Positions 28,685-42,429 of a DNA stretch of 64,000 nt are shown here, in pieces (position 1 is the stretch's first letter; each line of letters begins with the position of its first letter). A model generated the notes under the pieces. The model ran no database searches and had not been told where the DNA came from. It worked only from the letters and a program-made list of their open reading frames with translations. The stretch is taken from assembly GCF_964204645.1 (NCBI RefSeq), contig NC_134029.1, forward strand, positions 2,728,001-2,792,000, written 5' to 3'. The translations under genes were made by a program, and so were the position numbers. This stretch comes from Tubulanus polymorphus. Taxonomy: Eukaryota > Animalia > Nemertea.

Positions 28685-30434
28685 CTAAATTTTGACCGAT
28701 GTTGAATTCATCGTAAAAATCGAATATTTTGTAAATATTCCGAATTCGTCGATATGATTTGTTAATACATACAAACACATATCATTCGCTAAATCAATCA
28801 TTAATATATTATTGATATTTAAGTTTTTTACGAAGTGAAATGTGGTGTAAATAGAATAAAATTGACGTGTTCTTTTTAGATATTTCAATTTGTTTTTCAA
28901 AATGTCCTCTGCACCAGGCTGTGTTGCATTTTAACTCAAATGGTTCCATTCATTTTCGATGGAATACTACTAAGAGGGGCCCGAATTATAGGCCCTAAAG
29001 AGACGAGTACACTCTTCGCGGTGTTGGACCTGCCTTTTAAAGATTGACTCTTGAGTTATTGAGTTATTGATAGTGTTTGCTTATAATTGTAAAATTCGTA
29101 CACTAAGCAATCTCCATAGAACCCGAATAAAGCACCAGATTTGATTCCTTACAGAAATCTCACAGTTTTCGCGATCACGATTTTAATTTCGCGAGATGTT
29201 CGTGTTATTTTATTCCGCTTGATCGGCGCTGATCAAAACGTCCGTAAAGCGAGGAGAAATAGCGGTGACGCTAGCGCGACTAGAACATCACTGAATAATC
29301 CTTTATCGTCTTGATACCAGAACTTACGGTTTAATACCCCCATTTCCCAATTCAATGAACTCGTGACAACATAGAAATTATATTCGAGCGTCGTAGGATC
29401 GAAAATCGTTGAGAAAAAATACGTCAATTTGAATTGTTTTTCTTGAGCTAAGAAATGTTTCGTCGAGCGTTCTACAGGGAATGTAATTGGAATTGCTCCA
29501 GTGCAAAGTGTTTCGCGGTTTGGATGGAATGGTTGTCGCGCTACCAGGAGATCTGTGTTTGTGGCGATAACTACGACCGGTTTTTTATTCAAACATTCTA
29601 ATGGTAAATGACAACCAAAACAAGGTTTCATTTTCCCGTTTGCCATTCTAATAATAAGCCGTAAAATGTCTCTACGGAATTCCAAATCGCACGATTTCAG
29701 TTGCACAGTTTTTATTTAGACCACGGATCTTATCTCTGTGAACTATTCTTAATGCAGGAAAATGAGATGAAGCTGAAGATATATCCCGAATTAAATTAAC
29801 AGCAGAAATCTATTTTACAATTCCCACACCCAGATCCGCCCTGTAATTCATCAAACTTTCTTCAGTTGAAAGTTATCACGATTGAGTCGTAAAAATCATC
29901 CCTCGCAGAGAAAGCTCCGTATCTCGCATTATAAGACACTTAAATTTATTCCGACAATCTGACACCAGAATCTGGTTTCAAATTGAAACAATTTATGTTG
30001 TAAATCTACTGAAATGACTCACTAATTGCTATTCAAGAACAGAAAATTTCGCTTCACGAGTCAGCTCATTTGAGACACATTATCTGTCTCATTTTCTGGA
30101 TTATAGCCTGTGAACGTTTTGATCGATGTTCGCGCTAGAAACTGGAAAGCAGTCTCTCACAAACACACAGAGGTTCGATTCCTATCATAAATCAAGAATT
30201 AAGCATCGAAATGGATTACAGGATGTCATAGGATGAATATAGCATAGACGCCTTGGGCCTCCTTATGGAGTTGCACCCTGTATCTTTAGAAACTCGTAGA
30301 AAAAGGCTTTGGAATATAATAAAGCTACATGTTTCATAGAAGTTTGTTTCCTGTGCCAGGCAATGCATTTCTTTTGATTTGATTTCGAACTTTTCATATA
30401 TTGATTTCGGCGAATAGAATCGTACAGAAATTCG
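28685..30434 (-). CDS. Divergent phospholipid scramblase (PLSCR)-like protein, partial model with the 5' end unresolved; possibly a pseudogene
   Basis: Phase-consistent exons 30434-30220, 29647-29328 and 28908-28685. The spliced translation has colinear blocks KFEIKSKEMHCLAQET, RRP-x19-PCFGCHLPLECL, QPFHP, NF-x11-GVLN and F-x3-L-x10-A-x5-Y. Their order and spacing match my recall of PLSCR1 (KYEIK..AAED, SRP..PLRCSSCCCPCCL, QTWHP, DF-x11-GKIS, FPLDL..GACFLIDF). Two acceptors are weak, and an in-frame TAA sits at 30450-30452 just upstream. Confidence 0.55.
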
Positions 30435-31664
30435 CTGACATTTACATGTTTAACCGGTAACATTTAAGGGGCTTAAAGTGAGTCTTATGTTTCTAATGCG
30501 ATGAGATATTTTTGCCCTTTCCACCGAGTAATTATTTTCAAACACCGCTTTAATCCCGGTGATTACAACTCGGTTTTTATCTCTGTGTCTGATTTTGATT
30601 AATGTGGGCTTTTGAAACGGTAGGCGAGCGAAGTTTCTTATAGACGAACAGATTCAAGAGTAAAACTATGCGGTGACCTTTAATGGAGATGAAACATTCG
30701 AATACTATGCCGTATCTTCCCAAACGAACGGATACTGCCTGATCGAGTCAGCCAACTGCTATTTTTATCTCAAAATAGGGATGATCCGTTATTCTATTCG
30801 TTTGATTGATTTCGTTCGATTTGTTTTCATTAAGTGTCCCTTATAAACCCACCACACACCTGCCGCGAGCGAAACAGGGGGTTTGATTTTAAAATCGGAA
30901 ATCGAAGTACAGATATAGTTGCCTGATCGAAGAACATAACGTAACTGCAGCCGAAGAAAAGGCTAAACATTTAAAGTTTGAAAAATCTCGCACTTCGACC
31001 GAAAAATCAAGTCCTAAATGATTCGTGAAGATCACAACTCGAACCGTGGATGAACTACTTTATGTATCCCCAAGAAATATTCCCGACTCTATAGCGTGGG
31101 ATTTTCTATTTTATCGTCATAAGCACGGGCGAATGTTGCAGCAATGATTAGCTAAACATTGCACAACCTACCGAATACGATACCTCAAACGAACAGAGAC
31201 AGAACTTCCGCAAAAGGCCACGAGACATTGAATATCAATCCTTGATGAAATAAATGATAAACGTTCATTTTCTGGCGGTAAACCATGATACAAAAATGGT
31301 CTCATATTCATAAAAATTGATGACGGACAACAAATGCCCATGTCATATTCCAGGTGAGACGGAGACCGGAGAGTTGCTATATGATATAAACAGCTCGATA
31401 CGTATTACGACAGTAATCTGAGGATTAGTGATTCAACGGGCGTATTTTCTGCCTGTTTGGACTGTAACTGTTCAATTCGCCTGTCTGCTACTGCTGACCG
31501 AAACTCTTCCGTCAGTCATCGATCAATCCTACACACACCGAATTATCTTTGCCCTTCGCAGAAAAAAACCGTCACCGATAAATGTTTTAAGAATAGATTC
31601 TAGTTGTTTACTTATAGCATGGTTGGACTTTGACTGTAGGTCTCGAGAAGAATACTCGGTAACG

Positions 31665-31708
31665 TGAACCTGGACCCAGTTCGAACCCTGGAACTGGGTC
31701 CAGGTTCA
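31665..31708. repeat. Perfect 18-bp inverted repeat with an 8-nt loop, made of MITE TIR sequence
   Basis: TGAACCTGGACCCAGTTC-GAACCCTG-GAACTGGGTCCAGGTTCA. Confidence 0.8.
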
Positions 31709-32004
31709 GGAGATTACTGTCGAAGTCCTATTTTTCAACCTTATCATTGGACTAAAAGCATAGACACAGATATGATGACGTTTTTTTTTCAATGTGTCTT
31801 GTAAAACAACCACATTCAATCACCTGTACTATTGTAACGACACCTGAACAGATGCGTTATGTTTGTCACGTTCACTTTAATGATATTAAGTGTCTCAGAT
31901 TTTATCACTTATTTATAGCATTAACAGTAAGAGATGATGGTTCTCAGTATACGAACATATGATTTAAGGTGCTGAGAGACAGAGCGAGAGAGGGGGAGAG
32001 GAGA

Positions 32005-32024
32005 GGGAGGGAGGGGAGGGAGGG
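32005..32024 (+). other. Putative G-quadruplex within a GA-rich tract
   Basis: GGGAGGGAGGGGAGGGAGGG, five G-runs with 1-nt loops. Confidence 0.5.
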
Positions 32025-33160
32025 AGTGCAGAGCTTCTCTTCTGATTGCTCAACACGTATTTAAGAAAATTAATGTCAACATTTTCGGAATTTATTCGAA
32101 TAAAATTTACACCACGTGAACTTATATATGAATATAGCGTCCTTGATATCTAGATATTTAATACGTACATCGTCAGTGACTCCCAGGGGTCACTTGACTT
32201 ATTCATTGAGCTGACCCGCAATACAGTCTATAAACTCCACCTCAAGTGTATAAAACGTATACATTCAGCGATCAATTTTTTACGATCAATTTGCAACTTT
32301 CTGGTGCTGAGTTATGAATCCCATGTCCTTGTTAATATATTATGAAGGGAAATATCGAGCCCATAAAACCAGGTCCAAGGTTTTAATTCGTCTGCTAAAA
32401 GGCAATACACTATGAAGTTAGGTCATTTTGATGCTTAAGCTCATAACCGGTATTACTATAAGCGATAAGTCCTAACATCGTTGATTCAGTTTACGTTAGA
32501 GTTCATCATTTGTAATGAAATTGAGCCCAGATGTAAGTACATGTAACAAGGATCATTCGTTATAACGAATCGCCTCATTACCCTGACTCATTACGACGTA
32601 GCCTACTGATGTCTATTTCGTTGTTAGAACGGACGTCGAGAGTGCTCAAGACTCAAGATTGTTTCTATGTTTTAGTTCAGCTGCCCATTTGTGCTGGTCA
32701 ACGATATCAGGTATCTGCTAGACAGAATTGACGGAGTTATATCACCGAACGTTCGTGCAAACGAATAAGAAATAGACGTCAGGATGTCATTGAGTAGTAG
32801 TAAGGAGTAAATCGTGTTGGAGCACAGCTGGGACTGTATGAGAAGAATACTATAACTAACGCTACCATTTCGATGAAGTTCACATGTTCATTTAGAAAAA
32901 TATTACTCATCACGACTCGATATTCGTGTTCGGGTGCTGCTTACGTCATCATCACACGAAATATCGGCTTATTAGTCGTGCTAATTATCGCCGACTACTG
33001 GGTTTGAATGATGTGAGGAGGAACTAGCGATTAGAACGAGACGGCGAGAAAAAAATAGCGCGACTAGCGGTGATGCATACAGGGTAGATTTACGTGTATA
33101 AGTGTGTACGTAGATGACATCGGATAGAAAACATGAATGACACTAGACAAAGTGATCCTG

Positions 33161-33301
33161 GGCCCAGTTCCATACTCATGGCTTAGACTTAAGACCAATT
33201 TAAAGCCATCTTAGTTCTATAACCAATCTAATAACAACTTAAGTCCAGTCTTGAAATTTAAGACCATTTTTGAACTTAAGTCTCAACTGAGGGACCAGCC
33301 C
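33161..33301. mobile_element. Second MITE family sharing the GGCCCAGTTCCA-type terminus
   Basis: CTG-GGCCCAGTTCCA start, internal inverted GACTTAAG/CTTAAGTC blocks, and a degenerate AACTGAGGGACCAGCCC-CAG end. Confidence 0.6.
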
Positions 33302-34261
33302 CAGCTGAGATCGAATGAAATTTTTGAGTAATCATGAATGATCCGAATGAAATATCTCGACTTTCCAGTTTTCTATTGCCATTGAAAGAAAAAAAGTTAG
33401 TCGGTTTGTGAGAAATTCCGAGCAACGTATAGAATCTGTAAAAAGGAACGGAATGAAGTGTATGAAATCGTTTGTGAATGCGCTCAATTCTTTCGAATGC
33501 CGTTTCTTGCTATGTTTCTTGAGCTGGAATCAGTCGTAGCTTGCTAGTATAACTAGTGATACCCCGGGGACATATTTATAGCCAATGTAACCCCCTCAAG
33601 TCATCGTTTCTACGCATTTGCTTACAGGCGCCGGGCTAAATGGCTTATCTATTTGGACAGCGGTGAGAAAATTTAATAACAGTATTCAATTCGGGTCTTA
33701 TTTGATTGATTCTTATGTAGCAAAATGTTTGAGGAAAACGTGCCCGGGAAACTAAATCAGTGATAACCCGTTCCACGCACTGCGGCTAAAACAAAGCTAC
33801 CCCGAGATCAATATACAAACATAGATTGACAGTCAACTTCATTTCGTTAATGAAGAGCAATTGCGGCTTGGAATCGGTTTATCTCCTAGCAATCACGGGT
33901 CACGTGCGTAATATCCGTTTTGTGCTCGTCATTTTTCCCCACAAGAACAAATCGTTTAAGAATTTCCTGAAGATTGAAGAACGCGTAACAAAATATTCTA
34001 ATTTCTTTGTAAACATGAGTATCGTTCAAATTTTGATTGTCTTCACGTGTGGTTGGTTTATTCAAGATTTATTCACAATCATCTAAACGAAAACAATCAC
34101 TGTCCATTCAATGTTTAACATAATGCAAAATATGAAATGATCCTGAGTATACGAAATAGTCCGGTGGAATGTCGCGATATCGATCGGGACTCGAACCGTA
34201 CAGTGCAATACTGTGAGTGACCTACGCTTGCGTGATAAACAGAATATGTCATACAGTCGTG

Positions 34262-36199
34262 CTACATAGACGTTTCTAGCCGACTTTTGCTCCTCAATTG
34301 ACGAATATGTTTAACCCAGAACGGTGACAATATCAAAACACTAACACCAACTAAACTCGCCGTCAATTCAAACGAAAAAACATAGTTCCCGGTTACGTCA
34401 TAAACCCAACCTGAAAATATATGTAGGAAAAAACAAGAATCAGCATTATACTACTTATGTAAGACATCACATAGAACATAACATCATATTCACTGTAGCC
34501 GTCAAATGCAACCCGCAAGGCATTACTCGCTCTTGGTCGGTTTTCTTCGGGATAAACCAGGATAAGTACGCGTTCACGGTTAAAATCACACACAACATAT
34601 TTGATATTTCATCAGATGAAACTAAAACACGTTAGATATCGTAGGGGTTTACTTACCAGCCAATGGGGCTCCAATTATGTAAGCAACACCGGCTGTAAAC
34701 AACATATACTGTACACACATATGGATATATTTCTCTTCGATTATTTCAGCAAGAACTAGATGACAAAGTCCAGAAAATCCTGACATGCCCGCTCCTATAA
34801 GGATGGCTAGTATTGTTGCTGCTGTGAAGCCTTCAAATAAAGGCACTATCGCCACTGTGGTCCCTAATAGAATATTAACTGCCAAGAATAGGGTGAAGGT
34901 ATCAACCCGTGGATGGTGGGATATCATTAAAACGACAAACCGACCAATCAGATCACTAGTACCCAAACAGGGCACCAGATATCTGGCATCTTCTAATTCC
35001 AGTTTACATAGATCCCTGAATCCAGAAACGATATGAACAAAAATTATTGAAATAGCTGTGTAGAGAAATAGTACGGCAAGATTATGACCTATAAAACCAG
35101 GTTGTTTGAAAACTTCCAAGTGTAGAATATTTCTACAATCAATAGATGAGTTAGTCGCATTTTCTTCCTCGATTTTTTCGACATTTGGTTTCTGTTTCTC
35201 CGCACCAGCAGCAGTCAATCCATTGAATCCTTCTTCCTCCTTTTTCAACAGAATGTCTTTCTTACGTGGACGCTTATTCCAATTGCGTAGAAGTAAACCA
35301 GACGCAGCCGTGTTTGACGATAAGGCACCTAATATAAGTACTGCACCGCGCCAGGTGTACGCTTCTATTGATTTGTTAATGATAACACCGAACACGATTG
35401 TTCCTAAAGCTGAGGAGGATATGACGAAAGCTATCGCTATTGATCTGTAACGACGGAATCTGATCATGATGTAGGCTACTGAAGGTCCAATGTGGAACGC
35501 TTGGCATAAACCTGAAAATGAAATATACAAATATGTCAAACATGTGTCAAAGAATATTATTTAGATCAAAACCTTACAAAATTACTCTCAGGGTCCAGTT
35601 TCAGCGAGCCTTGCGGGGAAAAATTTGGTAACATTGAGCATTTGAACAAGAATGGCTTAGGAGTCTTTAATTCATCATTATATATCAGTAACAAGAAAAC
35701 AAACATTTTGCATTTACCAGCGATTATCCATATACTCAAAATCACCCATAGGTTCGTGGCGAATGTCAAACAAGAAATAACACAACCATGAACAATACCG
35801 GATATTACTAAACATCGTCTTAAACCAAATCTCTTGACCATTAATCCTCCGATTGGGGCTGAAACAAACAAGCGATGTTCAAATTGAGGGTACGTATTTA
35901 GCCAACGAGCTCCGCGCTCACATCCTACAATACGACGGGGAGATATTTTTGGGACATTGTTCATTACCGAAAAAGTATGCTACTGAGGCGCTGCACGTTC
36001 CTATCAATCCAACTATCCTGTATTCCGTATTGAAGTGTTCTACCCATTCAACTGCTAGAATTCCCGTGACGTTGTTTAATCCACCCATAAATAGATAGAT
36101 TCCCATTACAGCCAGTACCAGAAAACATCCTTCAATTCTACCCGGGTCCTTAACGTCATTATCAGTATCACTATCAGGAACTTCATCCTCTTCCGTCAT
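34262..36199 (-). CDS. SLC16/monocarboxylate-transporter-family MFS protein, copy A (458 aa)
   Basis: Exons 36199-35968, 35858-35718, 35511-34657, 34410-34262 (1377 nt, GT-AG, all phase 1). MCT motifs RFRRYRSIA, YTWRGAVLILGALSSN, TM8 DLIGR and IGAPLAGWVYDVTGNYVFSF. Confidence 0.92.
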
Positions 36200-36657
36200 C
36201 GTATATGCCACGCGTAAAAATATATGTAATCCTCAAACAGCTGAGAACATGCTCACATGTATGGTTTGTTTCTTATCGAGAGAAACATTGAAAAAACCCG
36301 TTTCTACGACTTAGCCTGAACATTTAGGTTAGCAAAAAGCACAAAGCTCGAATCAATTGTCTCAATGTAAATCTAATACTAGAAACGTATGTGTATACCG
36401 CGTGTTTGATGTGTCAAGCTGGTGTCATACGCACACTGGTATAACCGCATACACGATGATCTAGTCGATTTATGCACATATCACCTCAAGCATAAATTAA
36501 AAACAGTTTAGCTCCGATCAGTGCCGCAGAACCAAACAAACATGAAATGCCGATTCCTATAAACTGAATTCTAGTATTGTCGCTGATGTGAACTGTTCAG
36601 AAACCATATATAACCTGTGGCTGTGAGTGTTGAGCCGCTTACCGTGCACATTTTAGC

Positions 36658-36742
36658 TTATCTTAGCGCAAGCTGATTGCATTCATATATCTATATGGCC
36701 TCAATGTGATTTATCTAGGCCGGATCTTTGATCATTAAGAAA
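36658..36742 (+). promoter_or_regulatory. Conserved upstream block shared by transporter copies B, C and D; here it lies in the A/B divergent promoter
   Basis: TTATCWTAGCG...TTGCAYTYATAT...GCCTCAAT...CTTTGRTCATT recurs at ~40248-40324 and ~42829-42911, at similar distances from each ATG. Confidence 0.55.
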
Positions 36743-36977
36743 TATAATTCAACACACAAAAAGAGATACACGTCCTTGTTACCGATTTGACCGTTTGGGG
36801 GCATAAGAGATACGAGACAGGGCCGCGGGTACAGCTAGTAGTTTAGTCTACAGTAAACCGGGTGGATAGAACCATGGACGTACAAACTATCTAGTATATG
36901 CCTCCGTGGTAAGACTGAGTCCCGGGACTGAGTCGAGATTTCCCCAGGCAATTTGAGGCACGTATAAGGCATAATAG

Positions 36978-38940
36978 ATGATGGAGAAACGGGAAGAAGT
37001 TGTTAATGACGAGTCTAAGGCAGACGCGCAAAATGGTAGTGGTGACTATGACACGAATGATCCGGATAAAATTGAAGGATGCTTTCTGGTATTGGCCGCT
37101 GTTGGAATATATATATTTGAAGGTGGATTGATGAACACCATAGGAATTCTTATAGTGGAATGGGTCGGATACTTTCAAACGGGATACAGGATAGTGGGCT
37201 GGATAGGAACAAGTAGCAACACTATGTCTCATATTTTCGGTAAGGTTCGCGAAAACAATTTGGTTGAAAATGAAAATGTAAATGAATTATTAAAGTTAAA
37301 AACTTGGTTATTACCAAACTAAAGTCTTCGGTTCGATCCGTAATATTTTACCAGTAATTGTTTGTTTGTTTCAGCCCCACTCGGAGGATTACTGATCAAG
37401 AGATTCGGTTTAAGACGATGTTTAGTTATATCCACGTTTGCGAATGGTTTTGTTGTTTCTTGTTCGGCATTTTCCACGAATCTATGGGTGATCTATTTTC
37501 TATGGCTAATTTCCGGTAAATAAAAATGCACGTTGGTTTAATTAATGTTCAACTCTTAAGCTGTCTTCATAACGGAATCAGTTCCCTTATCTAAAAAATG
37601 ATAAGTTTTCCGTATCGAAAAAGTCACCAATTTTTTCAGCTCAAGTCAATGACAATAGATTATTAGTTCTGTAGATACTTTTGTAATTGTGAATAATGTA
37701 GCATAAATGATTGTGTGGTAAGAACACATTTGACATGCGAATCTTTTTTTATTTTCAGGTTTATGTCAAGCGTTGATCGTTGGACCAGTTATAGCATACA
37801 TAATGATCAGATTCCATCGTTACAGATCAATAGCGAATGCTTTCGTTGTTTCAGCCGCTTCTTTAGGAACAATTGTGCTTGGTGTCATCATTAATAAATC
37901 AATTGAAGCGTATACGTGGCGTGGTGCAGTACTTTTATTAGGCGCCTTATCATTAAACATGGCTCCGTGTGCTTTAATTCTACGCAACTGGAATAAGCGT
38001 CGTTGCACAAAGGATGCCCTCTTGACAAAACAGACAGAAAAGGAAGGACCCAACGGATTGATTGCTGCTGACACGGAGAAACAGGAATGTAACGATACTA
38101 ATTCATCTAACGGATGTAGAAATGTTTTGCACTTAGAAGTATTCAGACAACCGTTTTTTGTGAGTTATAGTTTTGCCATATTTTTTCTGTTTTTGGCAGT
38201 TTCAATAATATTCGTTCATATAGTTTCTGGATTTAGGGATCTATGTAAACTGAAATTAGAAGATGCCAGATATCTGGTGCCTTGTTTAGGTACGAGTAAT
38301 CTGATTGGTCGGTTTGTCGTGTCGATTATATCCCACCATCCACGGGTTGATACCCTCACCTTGTTTCAAATAGTTAATATTCTATTGGGGATCACTGTTG
38401 CGATAGTGCCTTTATTTGAAGGCTTCACGGCCGCAGCAATACTAGTCACAATTTTAGGATTGGTATTTACATCATTCGGAGCACTAAAACATCTAGTTCT
38501 TGCTGAAATGATTGAAGGAAGATATATTCACATGTCCGTACAGTATATGTTCTTTGTAGCCGGAATTGGTTACATGATCGGAGCCCCATTAGCCGGTAAG
38601 AGTCTCACCTATAAGATATCACCATACTTTATTTTCTAAGCGCAATCATAATTCAAGTAACTTTCAAACAATAATCATAACAATGTATTCTTCACAAGAC
38701 AACAATGATGCATGTATCTCGCACAATTTCTTATAACCAGATTTGTCTAATGATAATTTCATGTCGTTGAATGTGTGGATATTTTCAGGATGGATTTACG
38801 ACGTCACCGGAAACTACGTTTATTCGTTTGAACTGACGGCGTGTTTACTCGGTGTTAGTGTTTTGGTATTGTCACCGTTCTGGTTTAAACATATCCGTCA
38901 GTTGAAGAACAAAAATCCGGAACCAGAGATATCTAAATAA
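36978..38940 (+). CDS. SLC16/MCT-family MFS transporter, copy B (463 aa)
   Basis: Exons 36978-37239, 37375-37515, 37759-38595, 38789-38940 (1392 nt). Same motifs and intron positions as copy A. Confidence 0.92.
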
Positions 38941-39149
38941 GAAATGTTTGTGAACTATTTCAGAAATAAAGTTTTTAAACAAATTGATTGCTCATGCTAT
39001 TCTTCATAGAGTTAATGATACATGCCATAACGTGGTACGGAAGGTATTTCAAGTGCTCTAATAGTCCTAACCTCAAGAACATAAGACGTACACATTTATT
39101 GGCACATTAATTTCTCAAATTTCTATTTCACAGTTAAATTCAATCTTAG

Positions 39150-39455
39150 CTAAAATGTGAGCATAGGCCGCCAACCAGGGTTGACACTTTCTCTTGCCTC
39201 TGGCCAACTTCTCCAGCTCTTGCAGAGAGCAGCCCATGGTTCTAGTGTCTGCCAGTAGGTCCCTCCGCTGAGTGTATCGATATCTTCCTCTTTTTCTGTT
39301 GCCTTGTTGGTTCCAGGATGAGGCTTGCCTGACAATACTAGTTGAAGGCTTTCTGAGTGTATCACCGATCCACCTCCGTCGTCTTCGGACAAGTTCTACT
39401 TCGATGGTGTCTTTGTTTGCCAACTTCCAAAGGTCCCTGTTGGTCACCATGTTGT
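39150..39455 (-). mobile_element. 5'-truncated, decayed RTE-clade non-LTR retrotransposon (ORF2 C-terminus)
   Basis: The translation NRDLWKLANKDTIEVELVRRRRRWIGDTLRKPSTSIVRQASSWNQQGNRKRGR matches the RTE post-RT signature (RRWxWIGHTLRK...RQALxWNPQGKRKRGRP). Confidence 0.85.
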
Positions 39456-40533
39456 GTGTCCGGGCGTTGACGTAAGTTTCATTATATTCCCACTCGTGCC
39501 CTGCAGCTTGCAGAATAACGCTTCAACTTTCTCCTTACGCTGCGTTGCTCAACCACTTATCGCTTACGTTCTTTCTCTCTCCTCGCCCAGTTGAACCTCT
39601 TCTTCTTCCTCGTCATCCCAGTCTGGACATCATCCATACTCGCTAATGTTGAAACTTACAACCAACGACAAACGACAGGATAAAATTCTACCAAAACTTT
39701 TTAATTCATCTTTGATATCAACAATGTCGATTAACTTCAATAATGCAATACAATATTACTGAATATGGAATTATGTAACGTAATGAATAAGGGCACATTT
39801 ACGCTGCAGTTACACTATTAAATAACACACTCGAAAATAGCAATTTATTATTACGAATGAGCACATAGAAAGGCAGGAAACATAATGTATGATTGAATTA
39901 GCACATATATTGACTACCTCACACATATAGAGCTTTAAGGCCCGAAATCTGCACTCGCTACATACACAGTTTCCATCGGAATCAACCGAAGGCACGGCCA
40001 CAAAATATTCAACTGTGTGGGCTAACTCCTAAATTAAAACTAAGCAGGTTTGGAACTAGTACTCGGTAAGGTAGCGCGACATCGGGTGACAACAAGAAAA
40101 TCAGAATTCAGTTGGCTGAAGAAATGACCAAGCCACGCTCACACAGCATTACTTAAAATGACATAATCAAACTACAACTGTATAAGAAGATTAGCGCGAA
40201 ACAGATACCAAAATAAACTTTTTTAAATGTGCCAATGACCTTTACATTTATCATAGCGTTAGCTAATTGCATTTATATTTGTATAGCCTCAATTTCAATT
40301 GATCGAGTCTTTGATCATTTAGAACAATCAGTCCTGTAAACACGAGAAGAGAAACGCGTCCATGTTACCGTTTTGACCGTTTGGGAATCATAAAACACAT
40401 ACGAGAACAGGGCCACGCTTATAGTGAGTGGTTTTGTCTGTCATAATCGGGGATGGATAGGGCTGTCAAAATTGTTTCATGGTTCATGGTTCGAGGATAA
40501 CACGTTAAAGTTGCGCGCGTCAGATAATAGACG

Positions 40534-42429
40534 ATGGAGATACGAGAGGAAGTTGTTGATGACGAGTCAAAGATAGACGCGGATAATGGTAGTGGTGATT
40601 ATGACACGAATGATCCGGGTAAAATAGAAGGATGCTTTCTGGTATTGGCCGCTGTTGGGATATATATATTTGAAGGTGGATTGATTTACACCGTAGGAAT
40701 TCTAATAGTTGAATGGGTCGAATATTTTAAAACGGGATACAGGATAGTGGGCTGGATAGGAACAGGTAGCACCTCTGTGGCGCATATTTTCGGTAAGTTT
40801 CGCAAATAATTTTGGTAGAAAGAAAATATCATTTGAATTACTCCATTTTAATTGGATATTGGTTGGTTATCATCAGACGATAAGAAATAAGTCTCCGACT
40901 TGATTCTGTGGAATCCGTTCTGTTATCAGTATTTGTTTGTTTGTTTCAGCCCCACTCGGAGGATTACTGATCAAGAGATTCGGTTTAAGACGATGTCTAG
41001 TTATATCAGCATTTGTGAATGGTTTTGTTGTTTCTTGTTCGGCATTTTCCACGAATATATGGGTGATATATATTCTATGGCTAATCGCCGGTAAATAATG
41101 CTCGTTCACATAATCTTTATGTTCAATTCTTCAGCTATCTTCGAAACGACGTCTGTTCCTTCTGTCAAAATGATCGGTTTTTGTAACGAAACGCTCGCGC
41201 ATTGTTTCAACTGAAGTCTGCTAAATTCGATGATCAGATCTGGAGAGAGTGTTATGAATAGATGTAAAATATATGATTGTTTGGTGAGAAGAAATTCGAC
41301 ATTTTTCTATTTTTAGGTTTATGCCAAGCGTTGTTCATCGGACCAGTTATAGCATACATAATGATCAGATTCCGTCGTTACAGATCAATAGCGAATGCTT
41401 TCGTTGTTTCAGCCACGTCTTTAGGAACAATCGTGTTCGGTGTAATTATCAACAAATCAATAGAAGCGTACACCTGGCGCGGTGCAGTACTTTTATTAGG
41501 CGCCCTATCATTAAACATGGCTCCGTGTGCTTTAATTCTACGCAACTGGAATAAGCGACCTCACAAAGAGGGTGTTCTCTTGTCAAAACAGAGGGAAGGA
41601 GAAAGTCCAAATGAATTGACTGCTGGTGCGGAGAAACGTCACGATACAAATTCATCTTTTGATTGTAGAAATGTTTTACACTTAGACGTATTGAAACAAC
41701 CAATTTTTTTGAGTTATAGTTTTGCCATATTTTTTCTGTTTTTGGCTGGTTCAATGATAATGGTTCATATAGTTTCCGGATTTATGTATCTATGCAAACT
41801 GGAATTAGAAGAAGCCAGATATCTGGTGCCTTGTTTAGGTACGAGTAATCTGATTGGTCGGTTTGTCGTATCGATTATATCCCACCATCCACGGGTTGAT
41901 ACCCTCACCTTGTTTCAAATTGTGAATATTCTATTCGGAGTCACTGTTGCGATAGTGCCTTTATTTAAAGGCTTCACGGCCGCAGCAATACTAGTTGTAA
42001 TCATAGGAATGGTATTCACATCATTCGGAGCACTAAAACATCTAGTTCTCGCTGAAATGATTGAGGAAAGATACATTCATATGTCCGTGCAGTATATGTT
42101 CTTTGTAGCCGGAATTGGTTACATGATCGGAGGCCCATTAGCCGGTAAGAACCTCAACAATGAAATATGATTTTCAAACAATAATCATATCAATGTATTC
42201 TTTACAGAGTAACATGATATATCGTAGGAATTCGTCTCATGATAATTTCAAGTCGTTGAATGTGTGGATATTTTCAGGTTGGATTTACGACGTCACCGGA
42301 AACTATGTTTATTCGTTTGAATTAACGGCGAGTTTACTCGGTGTTAGTGTTCTGGTATTGTTACCGTCCTGGTTTAAACACATCCGTCAGTTGAAGAAAG
42401 AAAGTCCTGTACGAGGGATATCTGAATAA
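40534..42429 (+). CDS. SLC16/MCT-family MFS transporter, copy C (459 aa)
   Basis: Exons 40534-40792, 40950-41090, 41317-42144, 42278-42429 (1380 nt), GT-AG, intact frame. Confidence 0.92.
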
